This document shows, in pieces, positions 51,977 through 63,800 of a DNA stretch of 64,000 nt. The DNA comes from Eledone cirrhosa (Eukaryota), in NCBI GenBank assembly GCA_964016885.1, contig OZ024744.1:134664001-134728000 (forward strand), read 5' to 3'. How positions within the stretch are numbered: the stretch's first letter is position 1; the number at the start of each line of letters is the position of its first letter. Position numbers and translations under genes: made by a program. Below the pieces are notes generated by a model, which saw only the letters and a list, made by a program, of their open reading frames with translations, was not told where the DNA came from and ran no database searches.

Positions 51977-54119
51977 AGTCGGGGTTGAGTTAAGTTGGCG
52001 TTAAGTTAGGCTTAACTTAAGTTGGGGGTAAGTTAAGTTGGGGGTAAGTTAAGTTGGGGTTAAGTTAAGTTGCGGTTAAGTTGGGGTTAAGTTAAGATAG
52101 GGTTAAGTTAAGTTGGCGTTGAGTTAAGTTGGGGTTAAGTTAAATTGGGGTGAAGTTAACTTTGTGGTTAAGTTAAGTTGGGGTTAAGTTAAGTTGGGGT
52201 TAAGTTGGGGTTGAGTTAAGTTGGGGTTGAGTGAAGTTGGGGTTAAGTTAAGTTGGGGTAAAGTTAAGTTGGGGTTAAGTTAAGTCGGGGTTAAGTTAAG
52301 TTGTGGTTGAGTTAAGTTGGGGTTAATTTAAGTTGGGGCTAAGTTAATTTGTGGTTAAGTTAAGTTGGGGTTAAGTTAAGTTGGGGTTAAGTTAAGTTGG
52401 GGTTAAGTTAAGTTGCAGTTAAGTTAAGTTGAGGTTAAGTTAAGTTGGGGTTAAGTTAAGTTGGGGTTAAGTTAAGTTGGGGCTAAGTTAAGTTGGGGCT
52501 AAGTTAAGTTGGGGCTAAGTTAAGTTGGGGTTAAGTTAAGTTGGGGTTAAGTTAAGTTGGGGTTAAGTTAAGTTGGGGTTAAGTTAAGTTGGTGTTAAGT
52601 TAAGTTGGGGCTAAGTTAAGTTGGGGTTAAGTTAAGTTGGGGTTAAGTTAAGTTGGGGTTAAGTTAATTTGTGGTTAAGTTAAGTTGGGGTTAAGTTAAG
52701 TTGGGGTTAAGTTAAGTTGGGGTTAAGTTAAGTCGGGGTTAAGTTAAGTTGGGGTTAAGTTAAGTTGGGGTTAATTTAAGTTGGGGTTAAGTTAAGTTGG
52801 GGTTAAGTTAAGTTGGGGTTAAGTTAAGTTGGGGATAATTTAAGTTGGGGTTAAGTTAAGTTTGGGTTTAAGTTAAGTTGGGGTTAAGTTAAGTTGGGGT
52901 TAAGTTAAGTTGGGGTTAAGTTAATTTGTGGTTAAGTTAAGTTGGGGTTAAGTTAAGTTGGGGTTGAGTTAAGTTGGGGCTGAGTTAATTTGGGGTTAAG
53001 TTAAGTTGGAGTTAAGTTAAGTTGGGTTTAAGTTAAGTTGGGGTTAAATTAAGTTGGGGTTAAATTAAGTTGGGGTTAAGTTAAGTTGGGGGTAAGTTAA
53101 GTTGGGGGCAAGTTAAGTTGGGGTTAATTTAAGTTGGGGTTAAATTAAGTTGGGGTTACGTTAAGTTGGTGTTAAGTTAAGTTGGGGTTAATTTAAGTTG
53201 GGGCTAATTAAGTTGGGGTTAAGTTAAGTTGGGGTTAAGTTAAGTTGGGGTTAATTTAAGTTGGGGTTGAGTTAAGTTGGGGTTAAGTTAAGTTGGGGTT
53301 ATATTAAGTTGGGGTTAAGTTAAGTTGGGGTTCAGTTAAGTTGGGGTTAAGTTAAGTTGGGGTTAAATTAAGTTGAGGTTAAGTTAAGTTGGGGTTAAGT
53401 TAAGTTGGTGTTAAGTTAAGTTGGGGCTAAGTTAAGTTGGGGCTGAGTTAAGTTGGGGCTGAGTTAAGTTGGGGCTAAGTTAAGTTGGGGTTGAGCTAAG
53501 TTGGGGTTAAGTTGGGGTTAAGTTAAGTTAGGTTTAAGTTAAGTTGGGGTTAAGTTAAGTTGGGGTTAAGTTAAGTTGGGGTTAAGTTAAGTTGGGGTTA
53601 AGTTAAGTTGGGGTTAAGTTAAGTTGGGGTTGAGTTAATTTGGGGCTGAGTTAAGTTGGGGTTGAGTTAAGTTGGTGTTGAGTTAAGTTGGGGTTAAGTT
53701 AAGTTGGGGTTAAGTTAAGTTGCAGTTAAGTTAAGTTGAGGTTAAGTTAAGGTGCGGTTAAGTTAAGTTGGGGTTAAGTTAAGTTGGGGCTAAGTTAAGT
53801 TGGGGCTAAGTTAAGTTGGGGCTAAGTTAAGTTGGGGTTAAGTTACGTTGGGGTTAAGTTAAGTCGGGGTTAAGTTAAGTTGGGGTTAAGTTAAGTTGGG
53901 GTTAATTTAAGTTGGGGTTAAGTTAAGTTGGGGTTAAGTTAAGTTGGGGTTAAGTTAAGTTGGGGTTAAGTTGGGTTTAAGTTAAGTTGGGGTTAAGTTA
54001 AGTTGGGGTCAAGTTAAGTTGGGGTTAAGTTAAGTTGGTTAGTTAAGTTGAGTTTAAGTTAAGTTGGGGTTAATTTAAGTTGGGGTTAAGTTAAGTTGGG
54101 GTTAAGTTAAGTTGGGGTT

Positions 54120-54207
54120 AACCGCAACTTAAGTTAACCCCAACTTAACTTAATACCAACTTCACTCAACCCCAACGTAACTCAACCCCAACTTAACTTA
54201 AGCCAAA
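54120..54207 (-). repeat. Inverted block 26 (short type A, 88 bp, AACCGC)
   Basis: Same marks as block 20, offset +9005. Confidence 0.95.
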
Positions 54208-54716
54208 AGTCGGGGTTAAGTTAAGTTGGCGTTAAGTTAAGTTAGGCTTAACTTAAGTTGGGGGTAAGTTAAGTTGGGGGTAAGTTAAGTTGGGGTTAAG
54301 TTAAGTTGCGGTTAAGTTGGGGTTAAGTTAAGTTAGGGTTAAGTTAAGTTGGCGTTGAGTTAAGTTGGGGTTAATTAAGTGGTGGTTATGTTAAGTTGGG
54401 GTTAATTTAAATTGGGGTGAAGTTAACTTTGTGGTTAAGTTAAGTTGGGGTTAAGTTAAGTTGGGGTTAAGTTGGGGTTGAGTTAAGTTGGGGTTGAGTG
54501 AAGTTGGGGTTAAGTTAAGTTGGGGTAAAGTTAAGTTGGGGTTAAGTTAAGTTGGGGTTAAGTTAAGTTGGGGTCAAGTTAAGTTGGGGTTAAGTTAAGT
54601 TGGTTAGTTAAGTTGAGTTTAAGTTAAGTTGGGGTTAATTTAAGTTGGGGTTAAGTTAAGTTGGGGTTAAGTTAAGTTGGGGTTAAGTTAAGTTGGGGTT
54701 AAGTTAAGTTGGGGTT

Positions 54717-54932
54717 AACCCCAACTTAACTTAACCTCAACTTAACTTAACCCCAACTTCACTCAACCCCAACGTAACTCAACCCCAACTTAACTTAACC
54801 CCAACTTCACTCAACCCCAACTTAACTTAACCCCAACTTCACTCAACCCCAACTTAAGTCAACCCCAACTTAACTTAACCCCAACTTGACTTATCCCCAA
54901 CTTAACTTAGCCCCAACTTAACTTAAGCCCAA
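54717..54932 (-). repeat. Inverted block 27 (type B1, 216 bp, AACCTC)
   Basis: Same marks as block 21, offset +9005. Confidence 0.95.
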
Positions 54933-57245
54933 AGTCGGGGTTGAGTTAAGTTGGCGTTAAGTTAAGTTAGGCTTAACTTAAGTTGGGGGTAAGTTAAGTT
55001 GGGGGTAAGTTAAGTTGGGGTTAAGTTAAGTTGCGGTTAAGTTGGGGTTAAGTTAAGTTAGGGTTAAGTTAAGTTGGCGTTGAGTTAAGTTGGGGTTAAT
55101 TAAGTGGTGGTTATGTTAAGTTGGGGTTAATTTAAATTGGGGTGAAGTTAACTTTGTGGTTAAGTTAAGTTGGGGTTAAGTTAAGTTGGGGTTAAGTTGG
55201 GGTTGAGTTAAGTTGGGGTTGAGTGAAGTTGGGGTTAAGTTAAGTTGGGGTAAAGTTAAGTTGGGGTTAAGTTAAGTCGGGGTTAAGTTAAGTTGTGGTT
55301 GAGTTAAGTTGGGGTTAATTTAAGTTGGGGCTAAGTTAATTTGTGGTTAAGTTAAGTTGGGGTTAAGTTAAGTTGGGGTTAAGTTAAGTTGGGGTTAAGT
55401 TAAGTTGCAGTTAAGTTAAGTTGAGGTTAAGTTAAGTTGGGGTTAAGTTAAGTTGGGGTTAAGTTAAGTTGGGGCTAAGTTAAGTTGGGGCTAAGTTAAG
55501 TTGCGGCTAAGTTAAGTTGGGGTTAAGTTAAGTTGGGGTTAAGTTAAGTTGTGGTTAAGTTAAGTTGGTGTTAAGTTAAGTTGGGGCTAAGTTAAGTTGG
55601 GGCTGAGTTAAGTTGGGGCTGAGTTAAGTTGGGGTTAAGTTAAGTTGGGGTTGAGTTAAGTTGGGGTTAAGTTAAGTTGGGGTCAAGTTAAGTTGGGGTT
55701 AAGTTGGGGTTAATTTAAGTTAGGTTTAAGTTAAGTTGGGGTTAAGTTAAGTTGGGGTTAAGTTAAGTTGGGGTTAAGTTAAGTTGGGGTTAAGTTAAGT
55801 TGGGGTTAAGTTAATTTGTGGTTAAGTTAAGTTGGGGTTAAGTTAAGTTGGGGTTAAGTTAAGTTGGGGTTAAGTTAAGTCGGGGTTAAGTTAAGTTGGG
55901 GTTAAGTTAAGTTGGGGTTAATTTAAGTTGGGGTTAAGTTAAGTTGGGGGTAAGTTAAGTTGGGGTTAAGTTAAGTTGGGGATAATTTAAGTTGGGGTTA
56001 AGTTAAGTTTGGGTTTAAGTTAAGTTGGGGTTAAGTTAAGTTGGGGTTAAGTTAAGTTGGGGTTAAGTTAATTTGTGGTTAAGTTAATTTGGGGTTAAGT
56101 TAAGTTGGGGTTGAGTTAAGTTGGGGCTGAGTTAATTTGGGGTTAAGTTGAGTTGGGGTTAAGTTGGGTTTAAGTTAAGTTGGGGTTAAATTAAGTTGGG
56201 GTTAAATTAAGTTGGGGTTAAGTTAAGTTGGGGGTAAGTTAAGTTGGGGGCAAGTTAAGTTGGGGTTAATTTAAGTTGGGGTTAAATTAAGTTGGGGTTA
56301 CGTTAAGTTGGTGTTAAGTTAAGTTGGGGTTAATTTAAGTTGGGGTTAATTAAGTTGGGGTTAAGTTAAGTTGGGGTTAAGTTAAGTTGGGGTTAATTTA
56401 AGTTGGGGTTGAGTTAAGTTGGGGTTAAGTTAAGTTGGGGTTATATTAAGTTGGGGTTAAGTTAAGTTGGGGTTCAGTTAAGTTGGGGTTAAGTTAAGTT
56501 GGGGTTAAGTTAAGTTGAGGTTAAGTTAAGTTGGGGTTAAGTTAAGTTGGTGTTAAGTTAAGTTGGGGCTAAGTTAAGTTGGGGCTGAGTTAAGTTGGGG
56601 CTGAGTTAAGTTGGGGCTAAGTTAAGTTGGGGTTGAGTTAAGTTGGGGTTAATTTGGGGTTAAGTTAAGTTGGGGTTAAGTTAAGTTGGGGTTAAGTTAA
56701 GTTGTGGTTAAGTTAAGTTGGGGTTAAGTTAAGTTGGGGTTAAGTTAAGTTGGGGTTGAGTTAATTTGTGGTTAAGTTAAGTTGTGGTTAAGTTAAGTTG
56801 GGGTTAAGTTAAGTTGGGGTTAAGTTAAGTCGGTGTTAAGTTAAGTTGGGGTTAAGTTAAGTTGGGGTTAATTTAAGTTGGGGTTAAGTTAAGTTGGGGT
56901 TAAGTTAAGTTGGGGTTAAGTTAAGTTGGGGTTAAGTTAAGTTGGGGTTAAGTTAAGTTGGGGTTAATTTAAGTTGGGGTTAAGTTAAGTTGGGGTTAAG
57001 TTAAGTTGGGGTTAAGTTAAGTTGGGGTTAAGTTAAGTTGGGGATAATTTAAGTTGGTTAGTTAAGTTGAGTTTAAGTTAAGTTGGGGTTAATTTAAGTT
57101 GGGGTTAAGTTAAGCTGGGGTTAAGTTGGGGTTAAGTTAAGTTGGGGTTAATTTAAGTTTGGGTTAATTTAAGTTGGGGTTAAGTTAAGTTGGGGTTAAG
57201 TTAAGTTGGGGTTAAGTTAAGTTGGGGTTAAGTTAAGTTGGGGTT

Positions 57246-57461
57246 AACCCCAACTTAACTTAACCCCAACTTAACTTAACCCCAACTTCACTCAACCCCA
57301 ACGTAACTCAACCCCAACTTAACTTAACCCCAACTTCACTCAACCCCAACTTAACTTAACCCCAACTTCACTCAACCCCAACTTAAGTCAACCCCAACTT
57401 AACTTAACCCCAACTTGACTTATCCCCAACTTAACTTAGCCCCAACTTAACTTAAGCCCAA
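57246..57461 (-). repeat. Inverted block 28 (type B1, 216 bp)
   Basis: Same marks as block 10, including downstream GGCGTTAAATT. Confidence 0.95.
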
Positions 57462-60400
57462 AGTCGGGGTTGAGTTAAGTTGGCGTTAAATTAAGTTAGG
57501 CTTAACTTAAGTTGGGGGTAAGTTAAGTTGGGGGTAAGTTAAGTTGGGGTTAAGTTAAGTTGCGGTTAAGTTGGGGTTAAGTTAAGTTAGGGTTAAGTTA
57601 AGTTGGCGTTGAGTTAAGTTGGGGTTAATTAAGTGGTGGTTATGTTAAGTTGGGGTTAATTTAAATTGGGGTGAAGTTAACTTTGTGGTTAAGTTAAGTT
57701 GGGGTTAAGTTAAGTTGGGGTTAAGTTGGTGTTGAGTTAAGTTGGGGTTGAGTGAAGTTGGGGTTAAGTTAAGTTGGGGTAAAGTTAAGTTGGGGTTAAG
57801 TTAAGTCGGGGTTAAGTTAAGTTGTGGTTGAGTTAAGTTGGGGTTAATTTAAGTTGGGGCTAAGTTAATTTGTGGTTAAGTTAAGTTGGGGCTAAGTTAA
57901 GTTGGGGCTAAGTTAAGTTGGGGCTAAGTTAAGTTGGGGTTAAGTTAAGTTGGGGTTAAGTTAAGTTGGGGTTAAGTTAAGTTGGTGTTAAGTTAAGTTG
58001 GGGCTAAGTTAAGTTGGGGCTGAGTTAAGTTAGGGCTGAGTTAAGTTTGGGTTAAGTTAAGTTGGGGTTGAGTTAAGTTGGGGTTAAGTTAAGTTGGGGT
58101 CAAGTTAAGTTGGGGTTAAGTTGGGGTTAATTTAAGTTAGGTTTAAGTTAAGTTGGGGTTAAGTTAAGTTGGGGTTAAGTTAAGTTGGGGTTAAGTTAAG
58201 TTGGGGTTAAGTTAAGTTGGGGTTAAGTTAATTTGTGGTTAAGTTAAGTTGGGGTTAAGTTAAGTTGGGGTTAAGTTAAGTTGGGGTTAAGTTAAGTCGG
58301 GGTTAAGTTAAGTTGGGGTTAAGTTAAGTTGGGGTTAATTTAAGTTGGGGTTAAGTTAAGTTGGGGTTAAGTTAAGTTGGGGTTAAGTTAAGTTGGGGAT
58401 AATTTAAGTTGGGGTTAAGTTAAGTTTGGGTTTAAGTTAAGTTGGGGTTAAGTTAAGTTGGGGTTAAGTTAAGTTGGGGTTAAGTTAATTTGTGGTTAAG
58501 TTAAGTTGGGGTTAAGTTAAGTTGGGGTTGAGTTAAGTTGGGGCTGAGTTAATTTGGGGTTAAGTTAAGTTGGGGTTAAGTTGGGTTTAAGTTAAGTTGG
58601 GGTTAAATTAAGTTGGGGTTAAATTAAGTTGGGGTTAAGTTAAGTTGGGGGTAAGTTAAGTTGGGGGCAAGTTAAGTTGGGGTTAATTTAAGTTGGGGTT
58701 AAATTAAGTTGGGGTTACGTTAAGTTGGTGTTAAGTTAAGTTGGGGTTAATTTAAGTTGGGGTTAATTAAGTTGGGGTTAAGTTAAGTTGGGGTTAAGTT
58801 AAGTTGGGGTTAATTTAAGTTGGGGTTGAGTTAAGTTGGGGTTAAGTTAAGTTGGGGTTATATTAAGTTGGGGTTAAGTTAAGTTGGGGTTCAGTTAAGT
58901 TGGGGTTAAGTTAAGTTGGGGTTAAGTTAAGTTGAGGTTAAGTTAAGTTGGGGTTAAGTTAAGTTGGTGTTAAGTTAAGTTGGGGCTAAGTTAAGTTGGG
59001 GCTGAGTTAAGTTGGGGCTGAGTTAAGTTGGGGCTAAGTTAAGTTGGGGTTGAGTTAAGTTGGGGTTAATTTGGGGTTAAGTTAAGTTAGGTTTAAGTTA
59101 AGTTGGGGTTAAGTTAAGTTGGGGTTAAGTTAAGTTGGGGTTAAGTTAAGTTGGGGTTAAGTTAAGTTGGAGTTAAGTTAAGTTGGGGTTGAGTTAATTT
59201 GTGGTTAAGTTAAGTTGTGGTTAAGTTAAGTTGGGGTTAAGTTAAGTTGGGGTTAAGTTAAGTCGGTGTTAAGTTAAGTTGGGGTTAAGTTAAGTTGGGG
59301 TTAATTTAAGTTGGGGTTAAGTTAAGTTGGGGTTAAGTTAAGTCGGGGTTAAGTTAAGTTGGGGTTAAGTTAAGTTGGGGTTAATTTAAGTTGGGGTTAA
59401 GTTAAGTTGGGGTTAAGTTAAGTTGGGGTTAAGTTAAGTTGGGGTTAAGTTAAGTTGGGGATAATTTAAGTTGGGGTTAAGTTAAGTTTGAGTTTAAGTT
59501 AAGTTGGGGTTAAGTTAAGTTGGGGTTAAGTTAAGTTGGGGTTAATTTAAGTTGGTTAGTTAAGTTGAGTTTAAGTTAAGTTGGGGTTAATTTAAGTTGG
59601 GGTTAAGTTAAGCTGGGGTTAAGTTAAGTTGGGGTTAAGTTAAGTTGGGGTTAATTTAAGTTGGGGTTAATTTAAGTCGGGGTTAAGTTAAGTTGTGGTT
59701 GAGTTAAGTTTGGGTTAATTTAAGTTGGGGCTAAGTTAATTTGTGGTTAAGTTAAGTTTGGGTTAAGTTAAGTTGGGGTTAAGTTAAGTTGGGGTTGAGT
59801 TAAGTTGGGGTTGAGTTAATTTGGGGTTAAATTAAGTTGGCGTTAAGTTAAGTTGGGTTTAAGTTAAGTTGGGGTTAAATTAAGTTGGGGTTAAATTAAG
59901 TTGGGGTTAAGTTAAGTTGGGGGTAAGTTAAGTTGGGGGCAAGTTAAGTTGGGGTTAATTTAAGTTGGGGTTAAATTAAGTTGGGGTTACGTTAAGTTGG
60001 TGTTAAGTTAAGTTGGGGTTAATTTAAGTTGGGGTTGAGTTAAGTTGGGGTTCAGTTAAGTTGGGGATAAGTTAAGTTGGGGTTAAGTTAAGTTGGGGTT
60101 AATTAAGTTGGGGTTGAGTTAAGTTGGGGTTGAGTTAAATTGGGGTTGAGTTAAGTTGGGGTTGAGTTAAGTTGGTGTTGAGTTAAGTTGGGGTTAAGTT
60201 AAGTTGGGGTTAAGTTAAGTTGCAGTTAAGTTAAGTTGAGGTTAAGTTAAGGTGCGGTTAAGTTAAGTTGAGGTTAAGTTAAGTTGGGGCTAAGTTAAGT
60301 TGGGGCTAAGTTAAGTTGGGGCTAAGTTAAGTTGGGGTTAAGTTACGTTGGGGTTAAGTTAAGTCGGGGTTAAGTTAAGTTGGGGTTAAGTTAAGTTGGG

Positions 60401-60656
60401 GTTAATTTAAGTTGGGGTTAAGTTATGTTGGGTTTAAGTTTAGTAGGGGTTAAGTTAAGTTGGGGTTAAGTTAAGTTGGGTTTAAGTTAAGTTGGGGTTA
60501 AGTTAAGTTGGGGTCAAGTTAAGTTGGGGTTAAGTTAAGTTGGTTAGTTAAGTTGAGTTTAAGTTAAGTTGGGGTTAATTTAAGTTGGGGTTAAGTTAAG
60601 TTGGGGTTAAGTTAAGTTGGAGTTAAGTTAAGTTGGGGTTAAGTTAAGTTGGGGTT

Positions 60657-60871
60657 AACCCCAACTTAACTTAACCCCAACTTAACTTAACCCCAACTTC
60701 ACTCAACCCAACGTAACTCAACGCCAACTTAACTTAACCCCAACTTCACTCAACCCCAACTTAACTTAACCCCAACTTCACTCAACCCCAACTTAAGTCA
60801 ACCCCAACTTAACTTAACCCCAACTTGACTTAACCCCAACTTAACTTAGCCCCAACTTAACTTAAGCCCAA
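60657..60871 (-). repeat. Inverted block 29 (type B2, 215 bp)
   Basis: Same marks as blocks 11 and 16. The downstream flank switches to the block-28 haplotype. Confidence 0.95.
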
Positions 60872-63800
60872 AGTCGGGGTTGAGTTAAGTTGGCGTTAAG
60901 TTAGGCTTAACTTAAGTTGGGGGTAAGTTAAGTTGGGGGTAAGTTAAGTTGGGGTTAAGTTAAGTTGCGGTTAAGTTGGGGTTAAGTTAAGTTAGGGTTA
61001 AGTTAAGTTGGCGTTGAGTTAAGTTGGGGTTAATTAAGTGGTGGTTATGTTAAGTTGGGGTTAATTTAAATTGGGGTGAAGTTAACTTTGTGGTTAAGTT
61101 AAGTTGGGGTTAAGTTAAGTTGGGGTTAAGTTGGTGTTGAGTTAAGTTGGGGTTGAGTGAAGTTGGGGTTAAGTTAAGTTGGGGTAAAGTTAAGTTGGGG
61201 TTAAGTTAAGTCGGGGTTAAGTTAAGTTGTGGTTGAGTTAAGTTGGGGTTAATTTAAGTTGGGGCTAAGTTAATTTGTGGTTAAGTTAAGTTGGGGCTAA
61301 GTTAAGTTGGGGCTAAGTTAAGTTGGGGCTAAGTTAAGTTGGGGTTAAGTTAAGTTGGGGTTAAGTTAAGTTGGGGTTAAGTTAAGTTGGTGTTAAGTTA
61401 AGTTGGGGCTAAGTTAAGTTGGGGCTGAGTTAAGTTAGGGCTGAGTTAAGTTTGGGTTAAGTTAAGTTGGGGTTGAGTTAAGTTGGGGTTAAGTTAAGTT
61501 GGGGTCAAGTTAAGTTGGGGTTAAGTTGGGGTTAATTTAAGTTAGGTTTAAGTTAAGTTGGGGTTAAGTTAAGTTGGGGTTAAGTTAAGTTGGGGTTAAG
61601 TTAAGTTGGGGTTAAGTTAAGTTGGGGTTAAGTTAATTTGTGGTTAAGTTAAGTTGGGGTTAAGTTAAGTTGGGGTTAAGTTAAGTTGGGGTTAAGTTAA
61701 GTCGGGGTTAAGTTAAGTTGGGGTTAAGTTAAGTTGGGGTTAATTTAAGTTGGGGTTAAGTTAAGTTGGGGTTAAGTTAAGTTGGGGTTAAGTTAAGTTG
61801 GGGATAATTTAAGTTGGGGTTAAGTTAAGTTTGGGTTTAAGTTAAGTTGGGGTTAAGTTAAGTTGGGGTTAAGTTAAGTTGGGGTTAAGTTAATTTGTGG
61901 TTAAGTTAAGTTGGGGTTAAGTTAAGTTGGGGTTGAGTTAAGTTGGGGCTGAGTTAATTTGGGGTTAAGTTAAGTTGGGGTTAAGTTGGGTTTAAGTTAA
62001 GTTGGGGTTAAATTAAGTTGGGGTTAAATTAAGTTGGGGTTAAGTTAAGTTGGGGGTAAGTTAAGTTGGGGGCAAGTTAAGTTGGGGTTAATTTAAGTTG
62101 GGGTTAAATTAAGTTGGGGTTACGTTAAGTTGGTGTTAAGTTAAGTTGGGGTTAATTTAAGTTGGGGTTAATTAAGTTGGGGTTAAGTTAAGTTGGGGTT
62201 AAGTTAAGTTGGGGTTAATTTAAGTTGGGGTTGAGTTAAGTTGGGGTTAAGTTAAGTTGGGGTTATATTAAGTTGGGGTTAAGTTAAGTTGGGGTTCAGT
62301 TAAGTTGGGGTTAAGTTAAGTTGGGGTTAAGTTAAGTTGAGGTTAAGTTAAGTTGGGGTTAAGTTAAGTTGGTGTTAAGTTAAGTTGGGGCTAAGTTAAG
62401 TTGGGGCTGAGTTAAGTTGGGGCTGAGTTAAGTTGGGGCTAAGTTAAGTTGGGGTTGAGTTAAGTTGGGGTTAATTTGGGGTTAAGTTAAGTTAGGTTTA
62501 AGTTAAGTTGGGGTTAAGTTAAGTTGGGGTTAAGTTAAGTTGGGGTTAAGTTAAGTTGGGGTTAAGTTAAGTTGGAGTTAAGTTAAGTTGGGGTTGAGTT
62601 AATTTGTGGTTAAGTTAAGTTGTGGTTAAGTTAAGTTGGGGTTAAGTTAAGTTGGGGTTAAGTTAAGTCGGTGTTAAGTTAAGTTGGGGTTAAGTTAAGT
62701 TGGGGTTAAGTTAAGTCGGGGTTAAGTTAAGTTGGGGTTAAGTTAAGTTGGGGTTAATTTAAGTTGGGGTTAAGTTAAGTTGGGGGTAAGTTAAGTTGGG
62801 GTTAAGTTAAGTTGGGGATAATTTAAGTTGGGGTTAAGTTAAGTTTGGGTTTAAGTTAAGTTGGGGTTAAGTTAAGTTGGGGTTAAGTTAAGTTGGGGTT
62901 AAGTTAATTTGTGGTTAAGTTAATTTGGGGTTAAGTTAAGTTGGGGTTGAGTTAAGTTGGGGCTGAGTTAATTTGGGGTTAAGTTGAGTTGGGGTTAAGT
63001 TGGGTTTAAGTTAAGTTGGGGTTAAATTAAGTTGGGGTTAAATTAAGTTGGGGTTAAGTTAAGTTGGGGGTAAGTTAAGTTGGGGGCAAGTTAAGTTGGG
63101 GTTAATTTAAGTTGGGGTTAAATTAAGTTGGGGTTACGTTAAGTTGGTGTTAAGTTAAGTTGGGGTTAATTTAAGTTGGGGTTAATTAAGTTGGGGTTAA
63201 GTTAAGTTGGGGTTAAGTTAAGTTGGGGTTAATTTAAGTTGGGGTTGAGTTAAGTTGGGGTTAAGTTAAGTTGGGGTTATATTAAGTTGGGGTTAAGTTA
63301 AGTTGGGGTTCAGTTAAGTTGGGGTTAAGTTAAGTTGGGGTTAAGTTAAGTTGAGGTTAAGTTAAGTTGGGGTTAAGTTAAGTTGGTGTTAAGTTAAGTT
63401 GGGGCTAAGTTAAGTTGGGGCTGAGTTAAGTTGGGGCTGAGTTAAGTTGGGGCTAAGTTAAGTTGGGGTTGAGTTAAGTTGGGGTTAATTTGGGGTTAAG
63501 TTAAGTTGGGGTTAAGTTAAGTTGGGGTTAAGTTAAGTTGTGGTTAAGTTAAGTTGGGGTTAAGTTAAGTTGGGGTTAAGTTAAGTTGGGGTTGAGTTAA
63601 TTTGTGGTTAAGTTAAGTTGTGGTTAAGTTAAGTTGGGGTTAAGTTAAGTTGGGGTTAAGTTAAGTCGGTGTTAAGTTAAGTTGGGGTTAAGTTAAGTTG
63701 GGGTTAATTTAAGTTGGGGTTAAGTTAAGTTGGGGTTAAGTTAAGTTGGGGTTAAGTTAAGTTGGGGTTAAGTTAAGTTGGGGTTAAGTTAAGTTGGGGT

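Larger units (their letters stand above)
37840..55870 (+). repeat. 9005-bp near-identical tandem duplication (approx. 37840-46845 and 46845-55870)
   Basis: Six consecutive inversion blocks (16-21 versus 22-27) are all offset by exactly 9005 bp and share private marks. Confidence 0.9.
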
